A DNA stretch of 64,000 nucleotides from Promethearchaeota archaeon. GTDB taxonomy: Archaea > Asgardarchaeota > Lokiarchaeia > Sigyniarchaeales > SOKP01. A program made the position numbers and the translations under genes. The notes beneath the pieces were generated by a model. That model ran no database searches. It worked only from the letters and a program-made list of their open reading frames with translations, and had not been told where the DNA came from. Position 1 is the stretch's first letter; each line of letters opens with the position of its first letter. Where the stretch lies: NCBI GenBank assembly GCA_030599585.1, contig JAUVNS010000011.1:137061-201060 (forward strand), read 5' to 3'. Shown here piece by piece: positions 19,646-29,706 of this stretch.

Positions 19646-19727
19646 TTTAAATTTCAGTTTGGGGCGACAACGTCATCGCTTTGAGCAAAAGCTCTTTCGA
19701 TTGTCATAAGTTCATCATTAATCTAAA
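19646..19727 (-). ncRNA. Box C/D guide sRNA
   Basis: C box ATGATGA (19718-19712), C'-like GCGATGA, D box CTGA (19657-19654) and terminal stem TTTAGATT/AATTTAAA, in a GC-richer intergenic island. Confidence 0.7.
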
Positions 19728-19738
19728 TTCTTATTGTT

Positions 19739-20233
19739 TTATAATTCTTCGTCAGTTAAATTTTTTTTCCTAAAGAATTTCCTTTCGTAATATCCTGGTG
19801 TTTTTAAACCACCATATTCAAGAATTAGTTCTTTTAATCCCCCCTCTTTTTTTATACGTTTTTTTATTCTGTGATAATCTTGGGGACTTAATTCTTTTTG
19901 TTCTAAAAGAAAATCCAATATTTTTAAAGCATCTTCAGTGTCTATACATCTTCTAAGGAAGTCAACCGTTCCAGGATTTTTTAATTCTTCGTAAAAGGGT
20001 TCTTTTGGATGCTTTACAATCTCTGCTTGTTCATGCTCGATATCATCGTTTACTCCTTCGATCTTGAGAGTTTTTTTTTTAACAGATAATTCATGCATTA
20101 ATCGAGGAAATTGAGCCTCTAAATCGCTTTTATCGTATGAAAGGTTCAATCCTTCTTCATCGTTGATTTCAAGATTTTTCTTCAATTTATTCTCTAAAGT
20201 TTTTTTCACTTTGTTTTTTTCTTCTTCTTTCAT
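19739..20233 (-). CDS. DUF2095-like protein
   Basis: PGTVDFLRRCIDTEDALKILDFL and KTPGYY motifs. Confidence 0.7.
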   Translation of the reverse strand: MKEEEKNKVKKTLENKLKKNLEINDEEGLNLSYDKSDLEAQFPRLMHELSVKKKTLKIEGVNDDIEHEQAEIVKHPKEPFYEELKNPGTVDFLRRCIDTEDALKILDFLLEQKELSPQDYHRIKKRIKKEGGLKELILEYGGLKTPGYYERKFFRKKNLTDEEL

Positions 20234-20435
20234 TTTCTTAATTGCATTTTTATTTCTTCTGATATTTTTCTTATTTTTTATGTTCCAAGTGATAAAACAT
20301 TCTAGGTTCTATTATGTATTATCATAAATTTAAAACTATAAAATTATTAACAATCATATAAAAAGAAGAAATAATAAAATTAATTAATTTTACATTATTT
20401 CAACATTTATAAAACTATTGGAGTTTGCCTAAATC

Positions 20436-21020
20436 TTGAAGTCTGGATATAGTTATGTAAAAGATACTTTCGAAAAACACGAAACTGGATATCAAACAAA
20501 TCACTGGAAAAGAGGAATTGAATACAGAAAAGGAAAATCTATTGAACGAGTTGAAAAACCGACTAAATTGCATAGAGCACGTACTTTAGGCTATAAGGCA
20601 AAACAAGGATATGTCGTTGTTCGAGCTAGAATCCGAAAAGGGGGAATGCATAAAGTTAGACCAAAAAGGGGGAGAAAACCTCGAGCAATGGGTGTTTCTA
20701 AGTACACAACCGGTAAAAATTTACAATGGGTAGCTGAAGAACGCGTACAGCGAAAATACCCAAATTTAGAGGTTCTGAATAGCTATAAAGTATATGCCGA
20801 TGGAAGGAGTTGGTATTACGAAGTTATTATGGTGGACCCAAGTCATCCGGTTATTAAATCAGACCCAAAAATTAATTGGATTTGCGAACCTCAACACACA
20901 AGAAGAGTAGCTCGTGGATTATCTTCTTCTGGAAAGAAAGCACGCGGATTATATAAGAAAGGATGGGGTTCCGAAAAAACTCGACCAAGCTTAGGTGCCA
21001 ATAAGGGGCGTGGAAAGTAA
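20436..21020 (+). CDS. rpl15e: 50S ribosomal protein L15e
   Basis: ARTLGYKAKQGYVVVR, PNLEVLNSY and YEVIMVDP motifs. Confidence 0.97.
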   Translation: MKSGYSYVKDTFEKHETGYQTNHWKRGIEYRKGKSIERVEKPTKLHRARTLGYKAKQGYVVVRARIRKGGMHKVRPKRGRKPRAMGVSKYTTGKNLQWVAEERVQRKYPNLEVLNSYKVYADGRSWYYEVIMVDPSHPVIKSDPKINWICEPQHTRRVARGLSSSGKKARGLYKKGWGSEKTRPSLGANKGRGK

Positions 21021-21136
21021 TTAGAACTACATACTTAACCCTAGTCTTATCTACTTAATAATAAAAGCAATATTTTAATTATTTGCAAATTATTTAATTT
21101 ATATTAAAACAAAATAATACATTTTTTTAGAACTCA

Positions 21137-21271
21137 GGACTCGTAGCCTAGCATGGCTGTTTTTACTCCAGTATAAATGGTGTAAATAGGGCGTCGGACT
21201 TCTAATCCGAATGTCGCAGGTTCGAAATTATGAATTAAAAAATAATTCAAACGAAAATCCTGCCGGGTCCG
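21137..21271 (+). tRNA. tRNA-Arg(TCT) with two non-canonical introns (D-loop ~21157-21185; T-loop 21227-21257)
   Basis: Acceptor stem GGACTCG/CGGGTCC and anticodon arm TCGGA-CTTCTAA-TCCGA. Removing 29+31 nt gives a 75-nt cloverleaf. Confidence 0.88.
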
Positions 21272-21454
21272 CTTAATTTCAAAATAAGAATATTGTGTTT
21301 GGCTTGATTTCATCGTAAGCAGGTGATTTAAGCCTAATGGATAAATCTTTTCTACAAAAATTAATAAATCATTAATAGATGGTTTTTTTTATATTTGACG
21401 TATAATAGTTAATAAATTAATATTTTTGAATCACCTTTATGAACCAAGAATTCC

Positions 21455-22180
21455 ATGCTTAAGAAAAAATTATTTATTCATCAGAATATCCCATATGCCT
21501 TTAACTGGAATATCGCACACCACAAACAAAAAATATCTCCTGAAAACCCTTATCGAGAGGAATTTAAAACTCTGGGTTCTTACTTTAAAAAGATTTACCA
21601 AGGAACCATACCGAATGAGTTATTCAATACACGCAACCTCCCACGCGTCTCGCAATTTAAAATCCGAGGTTTGAGACCCGCTTTCCTAAACAGTTTTAGT
21701 AAAAAATTAATTCGAGAGGGAAAAATTATGCAATATGGTTCAGATTCAAAATTACCGAATTATGCCAATACAGTTTATGAAAATTTTAGAGTTAACAAAA
21801 TTGGTAAAAAGCCTGGGCACGAACCGATTTTAAAGAATATTTTAATCAAAGATAGTAATTCTGTTGCGATTGAAATACCCATATGGAAAAAGATTGATAA
21901 TAAGGTAGTAACCGGACATATTGACCTTATTCAAATCGAAAACTCTCTAGTAAAGGTGATAGATTATAAGCCTGAAGGAAATTTTATGATTTCTCTTCCA
22001 CAAGTTGCCACATACGGACTTTTAGTTAAGTCCATGTTCAATTTACATAAAATTAGATGCGTTTCCTTTAATAAGAAGGAGGCTTGGGAATACGATCCAG
22101 ATATTTTATTGTCTGATGTTAAAAACTACTTAATCTCACAGAGAGTTAACAATAGAACTTGGGAAGACTACTTGATCTAG
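21455..22180 (+). CDS. PD-(D/E)XK nuclease family protein
   Basis: EIPIW...GHIDLIQ...VIDYKP...QVATY. Confidence 0.8.
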   Translation: MLKKKLFIHQNIPYAFNWNIAHHKQKISPENPYREEFKTLGSYFKKIYQGTIPNELFNTRNLPRVSQFKIRGLRPAFLNSFSKKLIREGKIMQYGSDSKLPNYANTVYENFRVNKIGKKPGHEPILKNILIKDSNSVAIEIPIWKKIDNKVVTGHIDLIQIENSLVKVIDYKPEGNFMISLPQVATYGLLVKSMFNLHKIRCVSFNKKEAWEYDPDILLSDVKNYLISQRVNNRTWEDYLI

Positions 22181-22187
22181 GTATAAT

Positions 22188-22460
22188 CTACTTCAATTTT
22201 GTTTTTACTTTTTGGACTGATTTATTACGCCCCTCTTCTTTTGGAATGACATATCTTCGAAGTAAGAAATAACTTATGATAATACCTATAACCTCAACGG
22301 TAATTCCAGCAAAGGCAATTATAGTTCCTTCAAAACCTGCAAATCTTAGGAATATTGCAAAACCTAAACCAGAAATTGTAAGTCCTACAAGAAGTATTCC
22401 AATTAAAATCTGTGAAAACGAAGATTTTATGTATCCTAATTCCTTTTTTAACCAGGGCAT
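22188..22460 (-). CDS. Small membrane protein (2 TM)
   Basis: Two hydrophobic segments and a basic tail. Confidence 0.65.
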   Translation of the reverse strand: MPWLKKELGYIKSSFSQILIGILLVGLTISGLGFAIFLRFAGFEGTIIAFAGITVEVIGIIISYFLLRRYVIPKEEGRNKSVQKVKTKLK

Positions 22461-22561
22461 AAGTAAATCAAATGAATTTAAATAGAGTTTTAGTGTAAAA
22501 TTGTAAGTAAATTAAATTATATTAATTTTAAAATTTTTGTTATTTTTTTTTGAAGTGTTTA

Positions 22562-24973
22562 CTATTTTTTAGGTTTCTTCTTAAATTTAATGTAGAGCGC
22601 TTTATCGAATAAATTTCCAATTTTTAAGGCAATTTTGTTTGAAATTTTGTATCGTTCTCCTTCTAACATCCCTTTAATTTCTTCGGGATTCGGAGAGCGA
22701 TGTAGTCTCTCAGAGAGAATTTCATTAATAAATGTTGCTACTTCATGTTTTATTCTTTCTATATCGGGTAATTTCATATCTGGAACGAAAGATTTAATTT
22801 TTTCGACCGCAAACAAATAAAACTCGCAGAATCTAGAAAAAATATCGCCCTTTAATCCACAATGTAATTGAATTTGTTCAGTTAGTGTTTTTGTATCTTT
22901 TTTGCTCCAATAAAATTGTTGTGGATTCACCCCACGACGGCTAATTCCCATTAAATTTGATGTAATTTTACGTTCAATCCAATTAAATGTGCTTTCTTGA
23001 CGCAACTTAATGATTTCTTTTTTCTTATCATCTTCTTTTTTTTTTTTTTCTACATTCACACTTTCAATTCTAACTTTTTCAAATTCTACTAATTCTTCAA
23101 ACCTTTTTATTAGATCGTAAGCGATACAATACGATACAGGAGATACAAGGTCCGCTTTTAGTTTTAAGGGTGATATCCCTTTATAAACAAAACTTTCTTG
23201 GTTCTTTAACTCTGTCATACTATCTTTGAGAGATTTTATTTTCAAACGTGATAATATAAATCCATTTATAAGAAAAACCTGATTAACTGCATTAAAAACT
23301 ACTACAAGTTCTTTTTGCCTTTTCATGGTTCTCTCGATACTTAACTCCTCCAATTTAACTTGAACCCAATCTTCAAAACCCTTGTTTTCTGTAACCACCA
23401 TTAAAGCCCGGGAGTAAATTGCCTTATCATTTGAAATTATACCATATAACTCTATTATCCTGCTTAATTGCCTTAGAATTTTCGATAATAAATTGTAAAA
23501 TAAATCTGTTACTATATTACTTATTATCTCATCATAGTCAAGAAGAAGTAGTATTTGGGAGTAATTGCTTAAATTCAAACCTTGAAAGAAAATCTTGTCA
23601 ACGGTTTGTTTTTTCCTTACAAACTCTCTCAGATCATTTATATTAATCTCTGTCTTATCCTCTAAAATATCCCATAACTCGATATATTCGGTTTCATTTC
23701 TATAGAGAATTTTAAATAAATCAAATTCAACATTATCAGCAACTTTTGTAATAAATTTCTCAAGATACGGAAATTTCATGCTACATAAGGCTTTTTTTGC
23801 CACATTTATCAAGTTTTTTTGATTGTCATTTAATAAGATTAAATCTTGTTTTTTTATATTATATCTTATCATGCTTTTCTGTACATTTTCAGCTAACTCA
23901 TAATCAACATTCATTAAATGTAAAGTATCCTTAATTCCCCTCTTATTAAGTAAAAAAATAGCATCCTCAAAACTTGATTCATTTAAACTTTGAAGGAAGT
24001 AGATAAAATCATTTGGATTCTTTTTTAACTGCTTAATTAGGGCGATTTTTAATTCTGAAAGAATTATCTTTTCAAATTCATCATAATTAAGATCTTCCTT
24101 AAAGGCGTTTTCAATTGACTTGATAGTTTCTTTTTTTAAATTATTCCCTTCAATAAAAGTTTTTAAGCCTGATATAGATATAGGAAATTTATTTAATTCA
24201 TATTCCATTATACGTTTCTTTATCATCCGGATAGACATTGTTTGGATTTGTAATTCCTTATAGGATTTGAATTCAAATTGGTTTTGCATCCTCTCGATTA
24301 TTCTATTTAGAGTAAAAACCTCAATGAATTTATCTTCTTTCTCTTCCTTCTTCAATTGTTCTTCAATTGGAAGCGAGACGCCTTTAAACGCAGCGCTTTC
24401 TTCTAAAATTTCATTTTTTACGATTTCATTTAAACCAATGATGTCTCCTATAAAATCGTAAAAATAATAGGATGGTGATTTGGATATAATATTTAACAGT
24501 TCTCGTTCGATTTGATTTTCGATTTCCTCTATTCTTTTTCTTCTTTGAGATTGTTGTAGGCGACCTAGCCTTTCGTCTATTAACAATGATAAGAACATAT
24601 TTTCTAAATTAATAATTTCATCGAATAGAGCTCTTTCTAATTCAAAAGAATTTTTTAAAAAAATCTCAACTTCTTCCATTAGAATATGTTTCTCGTCCAT
24701 TTCAAGCTGTTTAGTCGAATCAACTGTCAACTTGTTTGTATCTAAAGATTCTTCTACTTTTATACCCATGTAATGGTACAAATGAACTGCTGCTGTAGCG
24801 ATTAGGAGAGATCGTAATGTAGGTTCTTTACGAATCAATTCGAAAATTTTTTCTTTATCTGCTTCTCTTTTCAAATGGGAAATTATTAAATCTACGGTCT
24901 GAAAAAACCTTGAAGCACTTTCAGTTGCTGTTGATTTTCTTTTTACTCCGCTTATCATAATTTTTTTATCCAC
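22562..24973 (-). CDS. Hypothetical helical protein (803 aa)
   Basis: Long ORF with no recognised motif; overlaps the upstream gene by 19 nt. Confidence 0.8.
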   Translation of the reverse strand: MDKKIMISGVKRKSTATESASRFFQTVDLIISHLKREADKEKIFELIRKEPTLRSLLIATAAVHLYHYMGIKVEESLDTNKLTVDSTKQLEMDEKHILMEEVEIFLKNSFELERALFDEIINLENMFLSLLIDERLGRLQQSQRRKRIEEIENQIERELLNIISKSPSYYFYDFIGDIIGLNEIVKNEILEESAAFKGVSLPIEEQLKKEEKEDKFIEVFTLNRIIERMQNQFEFKSYKELQIQTMSIRMIKKRIMEYELNKFPISISGLKTFIEGNNLKKETIKSIENAFKEDLNYDEFEKIILSELKIALIKQLKKNPNDFIYFLQSLNESSFEDAIFLLNKRGIKDTLHLMNVDYELAENVQKSMIRYNIKKQDLILLNDNQKNLINVAKKALCSMKFPYLEKFITKVADNVEFDLFKILYRNETEYIELWDILEDKTEININDLREFVRKKQTVDKIFFQGLNLSNYSQILLLLDYDEIISNIVTDLFYNLLSKILRQLSRIIELYGIISNDKAIYSRALMVVTENKGFEDWVQVKLEELSIERTMKRQKELVVVFNAVNQVFLINGFILSRLKIKSLKDSMTELKNQESFVYKGISPLKLKADLVSPVSYCIAYDLIKRFEELVEFEKVRIESVNVEKKKKEDDKKKEIIKLRQESTFNWIERKITSNLMGISRRGVNPQQFYWSKKDTKTLTEQIQLHCGLKGDIFSRFCEFYLFAVEKIKSFVPDMKLPDIERIKHEVATFINEILSERLHRSPNPEEIKGMLEGERYKISNKIALKIGNLFDKALYIKFKKKPKK

Positions 24974-27282
24974 TCTCTATATACTTCCTTAAAATTATCT
25001 GCAATATCATATTTTGCTTTATTGTGCCAGTATTTAAACTCAAAAACATGAAATAAGTCAGCGCTGAATAAATCAACTTCTTCCGCAGTTAATTCTTGTT
25101 TTAAAATTAAAGAAACTGGCCGAGGTATTAATTTTGAGAAATATCTGAGCTCATTTTTTTTCAAGTAATTATAAAATGTGTTCTGTTCATCAATACTAAG
25201 ATAATTTTTAGGGATAACTTTTTCTGGCTCAATTTTAAATAAGTTAATCTCTTTTTCAACTTTATTTTGGATATATTTTGGAAATTCAGTTTTTATACCA
25301 ATACAAAATTCATACTGTTTATAGAAATCTATCAAAATTTCTTTTTCTACATCATTTGAAATTCTTAAAATGTATTTGTCTAAAAATTTGAGGAATGCTT
25401 CTGGTTCCTGCTCGTTTGATTCACGTTCTTCTAAATATTTTATAAATTCAAATAATGTTTCGTCTAAAGACCACTTCCGTATTTCTTCAATACTAAAAAA
25501 TTTCTTAGCATAATCCTTTATCCATTCTAATATATATGTTTTCCAAGTTAAATTTATCGCTCCTATTCGTTTTTCTAGGAAGCGATGGAATCTATTTGCA
25601 AAAGTTACTGGATCACTAATTTCTCCATCTGGTTCTTCTTTAAGAAATCGATTAATAGTAGTATATCTCAGAATGTAGCTTAATAAATATTTTAATTCAT
25701 CTGAGAACCGTTCAAATTTCTTTACATGCGAGTCTATTATTTTTGAATCTTTTTCCATTTGGATTTCGGCGAATGCAATTAAGTCACTAATGTTTAAGTT
25801 AATATTACCATAGAACGATTTGATGTTGTCATTTATTAACTTTTTAAATTCTTTATTTAATATTTCTTCGTTAAAAACACCAACTTTTAATAATACAAAT
25901 GGATTTATCTCTATCTGCGATATTAAATGTTGCTCGAATTTACCCAAAATATTTTGCCCTAAATTTTTAGAAGGTTTTTGTTCATTTTCAAATTTTTCAT
26001 GTAAAATTCTAGTAAAGTGAGAGATCAAAGTATTCAATCTACGGTGTGATAAATATCGCGGAAACGAGTTTCTAATACAACTAATGCTATTTTTAAGGAC
26101 TTCAGCAAAATAATTTATTACAGAACCTAATTCACTTGCCCTCAGCTTTTCTTCACTAATAATTGAAAGAGTCATTGAATTTATAGCTAATTCGCTGATA
26201 GTTCGATAAAAATCAATACTTTCTTCAGAATTTTCAATTATAAATGAGTTATATTTTTCTAACAACTCCGAGATATTACCTATTTCGCCGGTTGTTAGGA
26301 ATTTCTTAGAAATTTTTAAAAAATTATCAACTTTGACATTAAAATCAGTTAACATTTTTTCCATATAGGAAATAATTTCGACACCAGAGAAGAGTTTTTG
26401 ATTTTTACCAAAACTTTCCTCTATTTTAGCTATAAAAAATGATATAACTTTTTCTTGGATTTCATCAGTTGTCCCAGTATTAGCTAATTTAAGTAAATTG
26501 GTTCCTAGAATTAACGTTTTTTCTATAATAAAATTTGCACTCGGCTCTGAAATAGCATATTTAAGGTGATCTATGGTTGACTTTCCAATATATGGTGATT
26601 TAAGCCGATCATATTTTTGATTTGTAAACTTAATCTCAATAGGGCTTTTATTCCAGAGATAATCTACATCCGTTCTTATCGATCCATAAGTGGACAACAT
26701 TTCTTTTTCAGTTGGTAAAGAAACGCTTAAGCCTATTAATTTTTTATTCCATTTATCCTCAATCAAATCCCCATAAAGTTTTTTGCTAAATCGAGTAGCG
26801 AATTTATTATATACCTGAATTTTTTTTTGATGTTCTAATCCGGGATGATTAGAAAACTCTTCTACTTCGTAAAATAATTTACTTATATTGTTAATTGATT
26901 CTCTTGATTTGTGTGGATCTAGATATCCCGTTTCTGGTTTTAAAGCAAGTAATAAACTTTCACACTCCTTATATTTGCCGGGAATGAGTACCATTGATTT
27001 TGGGTAAATGTTTATTTGAGCGTCTTTTTGATCGAAATTGTACAACTCGAATTCTATTGAAAATACTTCAGAACCAGCAAAATCCCTCAACATAGCATTA
27101 TACATTCGAAGGAATGTTATTACTTCCTTAGAAAGCTCGTTAACCATTTCTTTAGTTAGTTTTCCTGGTCCTATTACATCTCCCGCTATTAAATCTGTAG
27201 GGCTAGAGTACCCAAAGATTAATGAAAATTGAAAATTAATAGACTCACGTGTAGTTATCATAATTTCGTTTTTTTTTTTCAA
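24955..27282 (-). CDS. Hypothetical protein (775 aa)
   Basis: Long ORF with no recognised motif. Confidence 0.8.
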   Translation of the reverse strand: MKKKNEIMITTRESINFQFSLIFGYSSPTDLIAGDVIGPGKLTKEMVNELSKEVITFLRMYNAMLRDFAGSEVFSIEFELYNFDQKDAQINIYPKSMVLIPGKYKECESLLLALKPETGYLDPHKSRESINNISKLFYEVEEFSNHPGLEHQKKIQVYNKFATRFSKKLYGDLIEDKWNKKLIGLSVSLPTEKEMLSTYGSIRTDVDYLWNKSPIEIKFTNQKYDRLKSPYIGKSTIDHLKYAISEPSANFIIEKTLILGTNLLKLANTGTTDEIQEKVISFFIAKIEESFGKNQKLFSGVEIISYMEKMLTDFNVKVDNFLKISKKFLTTGEIGNISELLEKYNSFIIENSEESIDFYRTISELAINSMTLSIISEEKLRASELGSVINYFAEVLKNSISCIRNSFPRYLSHRRLNTLISHFTRILHEKFENEQKPSKNLGQNILGKFEQHLISQIEINPFVLLKVGVFNEEILNKEFKKLINDNIKSFYGNINLNISDLIAFAEIQMEKDSKIIDSHVKKFERFSDELKYLLSYILRYTTINRFLKEEPDGEISDPVTFANRFHRFLEKRIGAINLTWKTYILEWIKDYAKKFFSIEEIRKWSLDETLFEFIKYLEERESNEQEPEAFLKFLDKYILRISNDVEKEILIDFYKQYEFCIGIKTEFPKYIQNKVEKEINLFKIEPEKVIPKNYLSIDEQNTFYNYLKKNELRYFSKLIPRPVSLILKQELTAEEVDLFSADLFHVFEFKYWHNKAKYDIADNFKEVYREWIKKL

Positions 27283-27498
27283 ATCTATTTTTATAAAAGA
27301 TAAAAATCATACATTTTAACTTTTAGCAATAGATTTTTTTTGCATTTTGTGTATTACTGTTTATCATTATTTTTCTATGTATTAATTAATAATTATAGAG
27401 AAGAAAAAATAAAGAAATAAAAAGTATCAATATTATATTAATAATAGTTAAGTGAAGTAAAACCTCAAATAGCAATCTACCGTGGATGGTGATACGAA

Positions 27499-27903
27499 TT
27501 GGAGTTTGGTACAGATCTTGGAATTGGGCCCGATGAAATCGAAAAAATAAGTCCTCAAATTACTTTTATCACTTCGAACGCAGATATAGAAGCCATCGCA
27601 CTTGTGAGCTTGGAAGGCTATCAGATCGCTTTTTCAGCGCTTCCGCAATATGAGGTTGATGGCGACCAGTTTTGTGGACTAGCTAGCGCACTTTTAATGA
27701 CTGGAAGTTCAACAATTAAAACACTCTTTCAAGAAGATTTAAGCGAAATAATTGTGAGAGCTGAGAATGGTTATGTTATTGTTAGTAACGCAGGTCGTCT
27801 CGTAATCGTATGTGCAGGAACTATTATTGATACATTGATGAAAACTGTTAAAGTAATGAGAGTTGCTGCAAAGAATTTAGCTATGGTTTTTGAACAAAAA
27901 TAA
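27499..27903 (+). CDS. Roadblock/LC7 (MglB-like) domain protein
   Basis: IEAIALVSLEGYQI...IIVRAENGYVIV pattern; GGTGA SD before TTG. Confidence 0.85.
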   Translation: MEFGTDLGIGPDEIEKISPQITFITSNADIEAIALVSLEGYQIAFSALPQYEVDGDQFCGLASALLMTGSSTIKTLFQEDLSEIIVRAENGYVIVSNAGRLVIVCAGTIIDTLMKTVKVMRVAAKNLAMVFEQK

Positions 27904-27990
27904 TAAAAATTAATTTTTTTATTGAAGAATAAGTTTATATTGCTTCGATAATAATTTTATCAATACAAATACATTTTATGGTTAATATTG

Positions 27991-28062
27991 ATGTTCGCTA
28001 AAATAAACCTCCTTAAATGTTGGCGAGGACTATGGCGTTTTAAAACGCTTTTTCAATGGTAA
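27991..28062 (+). promoter_or_regulatory. Putative Trp leader peptide ORF (MFAKINLLKCWRGLWRFKTLFQW*)
   Basis: Three in-frame TGG codons within 13 codons, ending 151 nt before trpB2; overlapping inverted repeats. Confidence 0.6.
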
Positions 28063-28213
28063 AACCATAAATTTTGCTCTGACTAGTTTTTAACATCATT
28101 TTTTAATAACAAGTATTGCATCTGCAATCAAGCATTATTATTATTGATTTCCAATTTTAAGATGAGACATCATTTAAATTTGATGATGGAAAAATAGTTA
28201 AAAGGAAATAAAT

Positions 28214-29614
28214 ATGACAGATTTTTATAATACAAGAATTTTACTTGAACCGAATGAAATACCAAAAGAGTGGGTTAACATTGTACCAGATTTACCTGCT
28301 CCCATGACGCCCTTAATAAATCCAATGGATGGAAAACCTGCACCTCCTGAACTTGCATTTGCAATATTTCCAAAGGAATGTGTACTTCAGGAAATATCTC
28401 AAGAACCTACAATTCAAATTCCTAAGGAATTAAGGGAGCTTTACGCTAGATCTTATAGGCCTACACCGCTTCATAGAGCATATGGTTTAGAGAAAGAACT
28501 TGGAATTGAAAGCGAAAATATCAAAATTTTCTATAAAAATGAGTCGGTTTCTCCTACGGGATCTCACAAACCAAACACAGCTCTAGCTCAAGCTTACTAT
28601 TCTAAAAGAGATGGAGTCGAGGAATTGATAACTGAAACAGGAGCAGGTCAATGGGGTTCTGCCTTATCTTACGGATGTAATTTATTTGACATAAAGTGTA
28701 CTGTTTACATGGTGAGAGCTAGCTTTATCCAAAAACCGGGAAGAAAAATATTGATGAGAGCTTTTAATGGTCAAGTTCATGCAAGCCCTTCAAAATTAAC
28801 AGAATCTGGAAAATCTTATTATGAAAAAGACCCAGATCACCCAGGAAGTTTAGGAATTGCTATATCTGAAGCGGTTGAACATAGTTTGAGAAGTGAGAAA
28901 TCGAGATATTCTTTAGGGAGCGTTGTGAATTTCGTTCTTTTACATCAAACGATCATAGGACAAGAGGTTAAAGCACAACTACAAAAAGCTAACGTGGAGC
29001 CTGATGTTCTGATTGGATGTATGGGAGGGGGGTCTAATTTAGGAGGTCTAATGATTCCTTTCGCAAAGGAAAAATTACACGGAAAATATCCTGATTTAGA
29101 GATCGTGGGAGTAGAACCCAGAGCGTGCCCAAGTGTAAACAAAGGAGAATATAGATGGGACTTTGGAGATTCTGCCAAAAAAGCTCCAATTTTAAAAATG
29201 TATACATTAGGTCATAATTTTATTCCAAGCCCAATTCATGCAGGAGGATTAAGATATCACGGAATGGCTCCAATAATATCTATATTAGCAAAGAAAAAGA
29301 TAATTTCCTCAGTTATGCATCACCAAACTGAAGTTATTGGAGCAGGTTTGCTTTTTGCTAAGACAGAAGGAATTCTGCCTGCGCCTGAAGCGGCTCATGC
29401 TGTGAAAGAAGCGATTGATCAAGCCTTGAGAGCTAAAGAGAACTCCGAAAAGAAAACAATCGTTTTCTGCTTAAGTGGACATGGATTTTTTGATTTATTA
29501 GCTTATAAAGAATATATGGTTGGTAATTTGATAGATTATGAACTACCAAGCGATGATATCCAAAAAGCTTTAAACGCTCCTGATATGCCTAATATTGATG
29601 ATACGCAGTTTTAA
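28214..29614 (+). CDS. trpB2: Tryptophan synthase beta chain 2 (TrpB2)
   Basis: SPTGSHKPNTA, ETGAGQWG, GGGSN, IHAGGLRYHG and LSGHG motifs. Confidence 0.95.
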   Translation: MTDFYNTRILLEPNEIPKEWVNIVPDLPAPMTPLINPMDGKPAPPELAFAIFPKECVLQEISQEPTIQIPKELRELYARSYRPTPLHRAYGLEKELGIESENIKIFYKNESVSPTGSHKPNTALAQAYYSKRDGVEELITETGAGQWGSALSYGCNLFDIKCTVYMVRASFIQKPGRKILMRAFNGQVHASPSKLTESGKSYYEKDPDHPGSLGIAISEAVEHSLRSEKSRYSLGSVVNFVLLHQTIIGQEVKAQLQKANVEPDVLIGCMGGGSNLGGLMIPFAKEKLHGKYPDLEIVGVEPRACPSVNKGEYRWDFGDSAKKAPILKMYTLGHNFIPSPIHAGGLRYHGMAPIISILAKKKIISSVMHHQTEVIGAGLLFAKTEGILPAPEAAHAVKEAIDQALRAKENSEKKTIVFCLSGHGFFDLLAYKEYMVGNLIDYELPSDDIQKALNAPDMPNIDDTQF

Positions 29615-29706
29615 ATACAATTAAGGACTTTTTACACACTTTTTTTTCATTTTTAATAAAGATTTTAAAATTTCTCAGATAATATCTAGAAGAAAACATA
29701 AAGAGA

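Noticed and set aside
19660-19720. Eukaryote-like SECIS element (ATGA...AAA hairpin)
   Set aside because: No proper tandem G.A core geometry and no in-frame TGA in the flanking genes; the C/D box reading fits better.
21272-22200. Integrated element at tRNA-Arg
   Set aside because: No integrase and no duplicated tRNA 3' end (att site) were seen.
27978-28001. 7-aa uORF MVNIDVR in the trpB2 leader
   Set aside because: No informative codons; probably chance, although it overlaps the Trp leader start.
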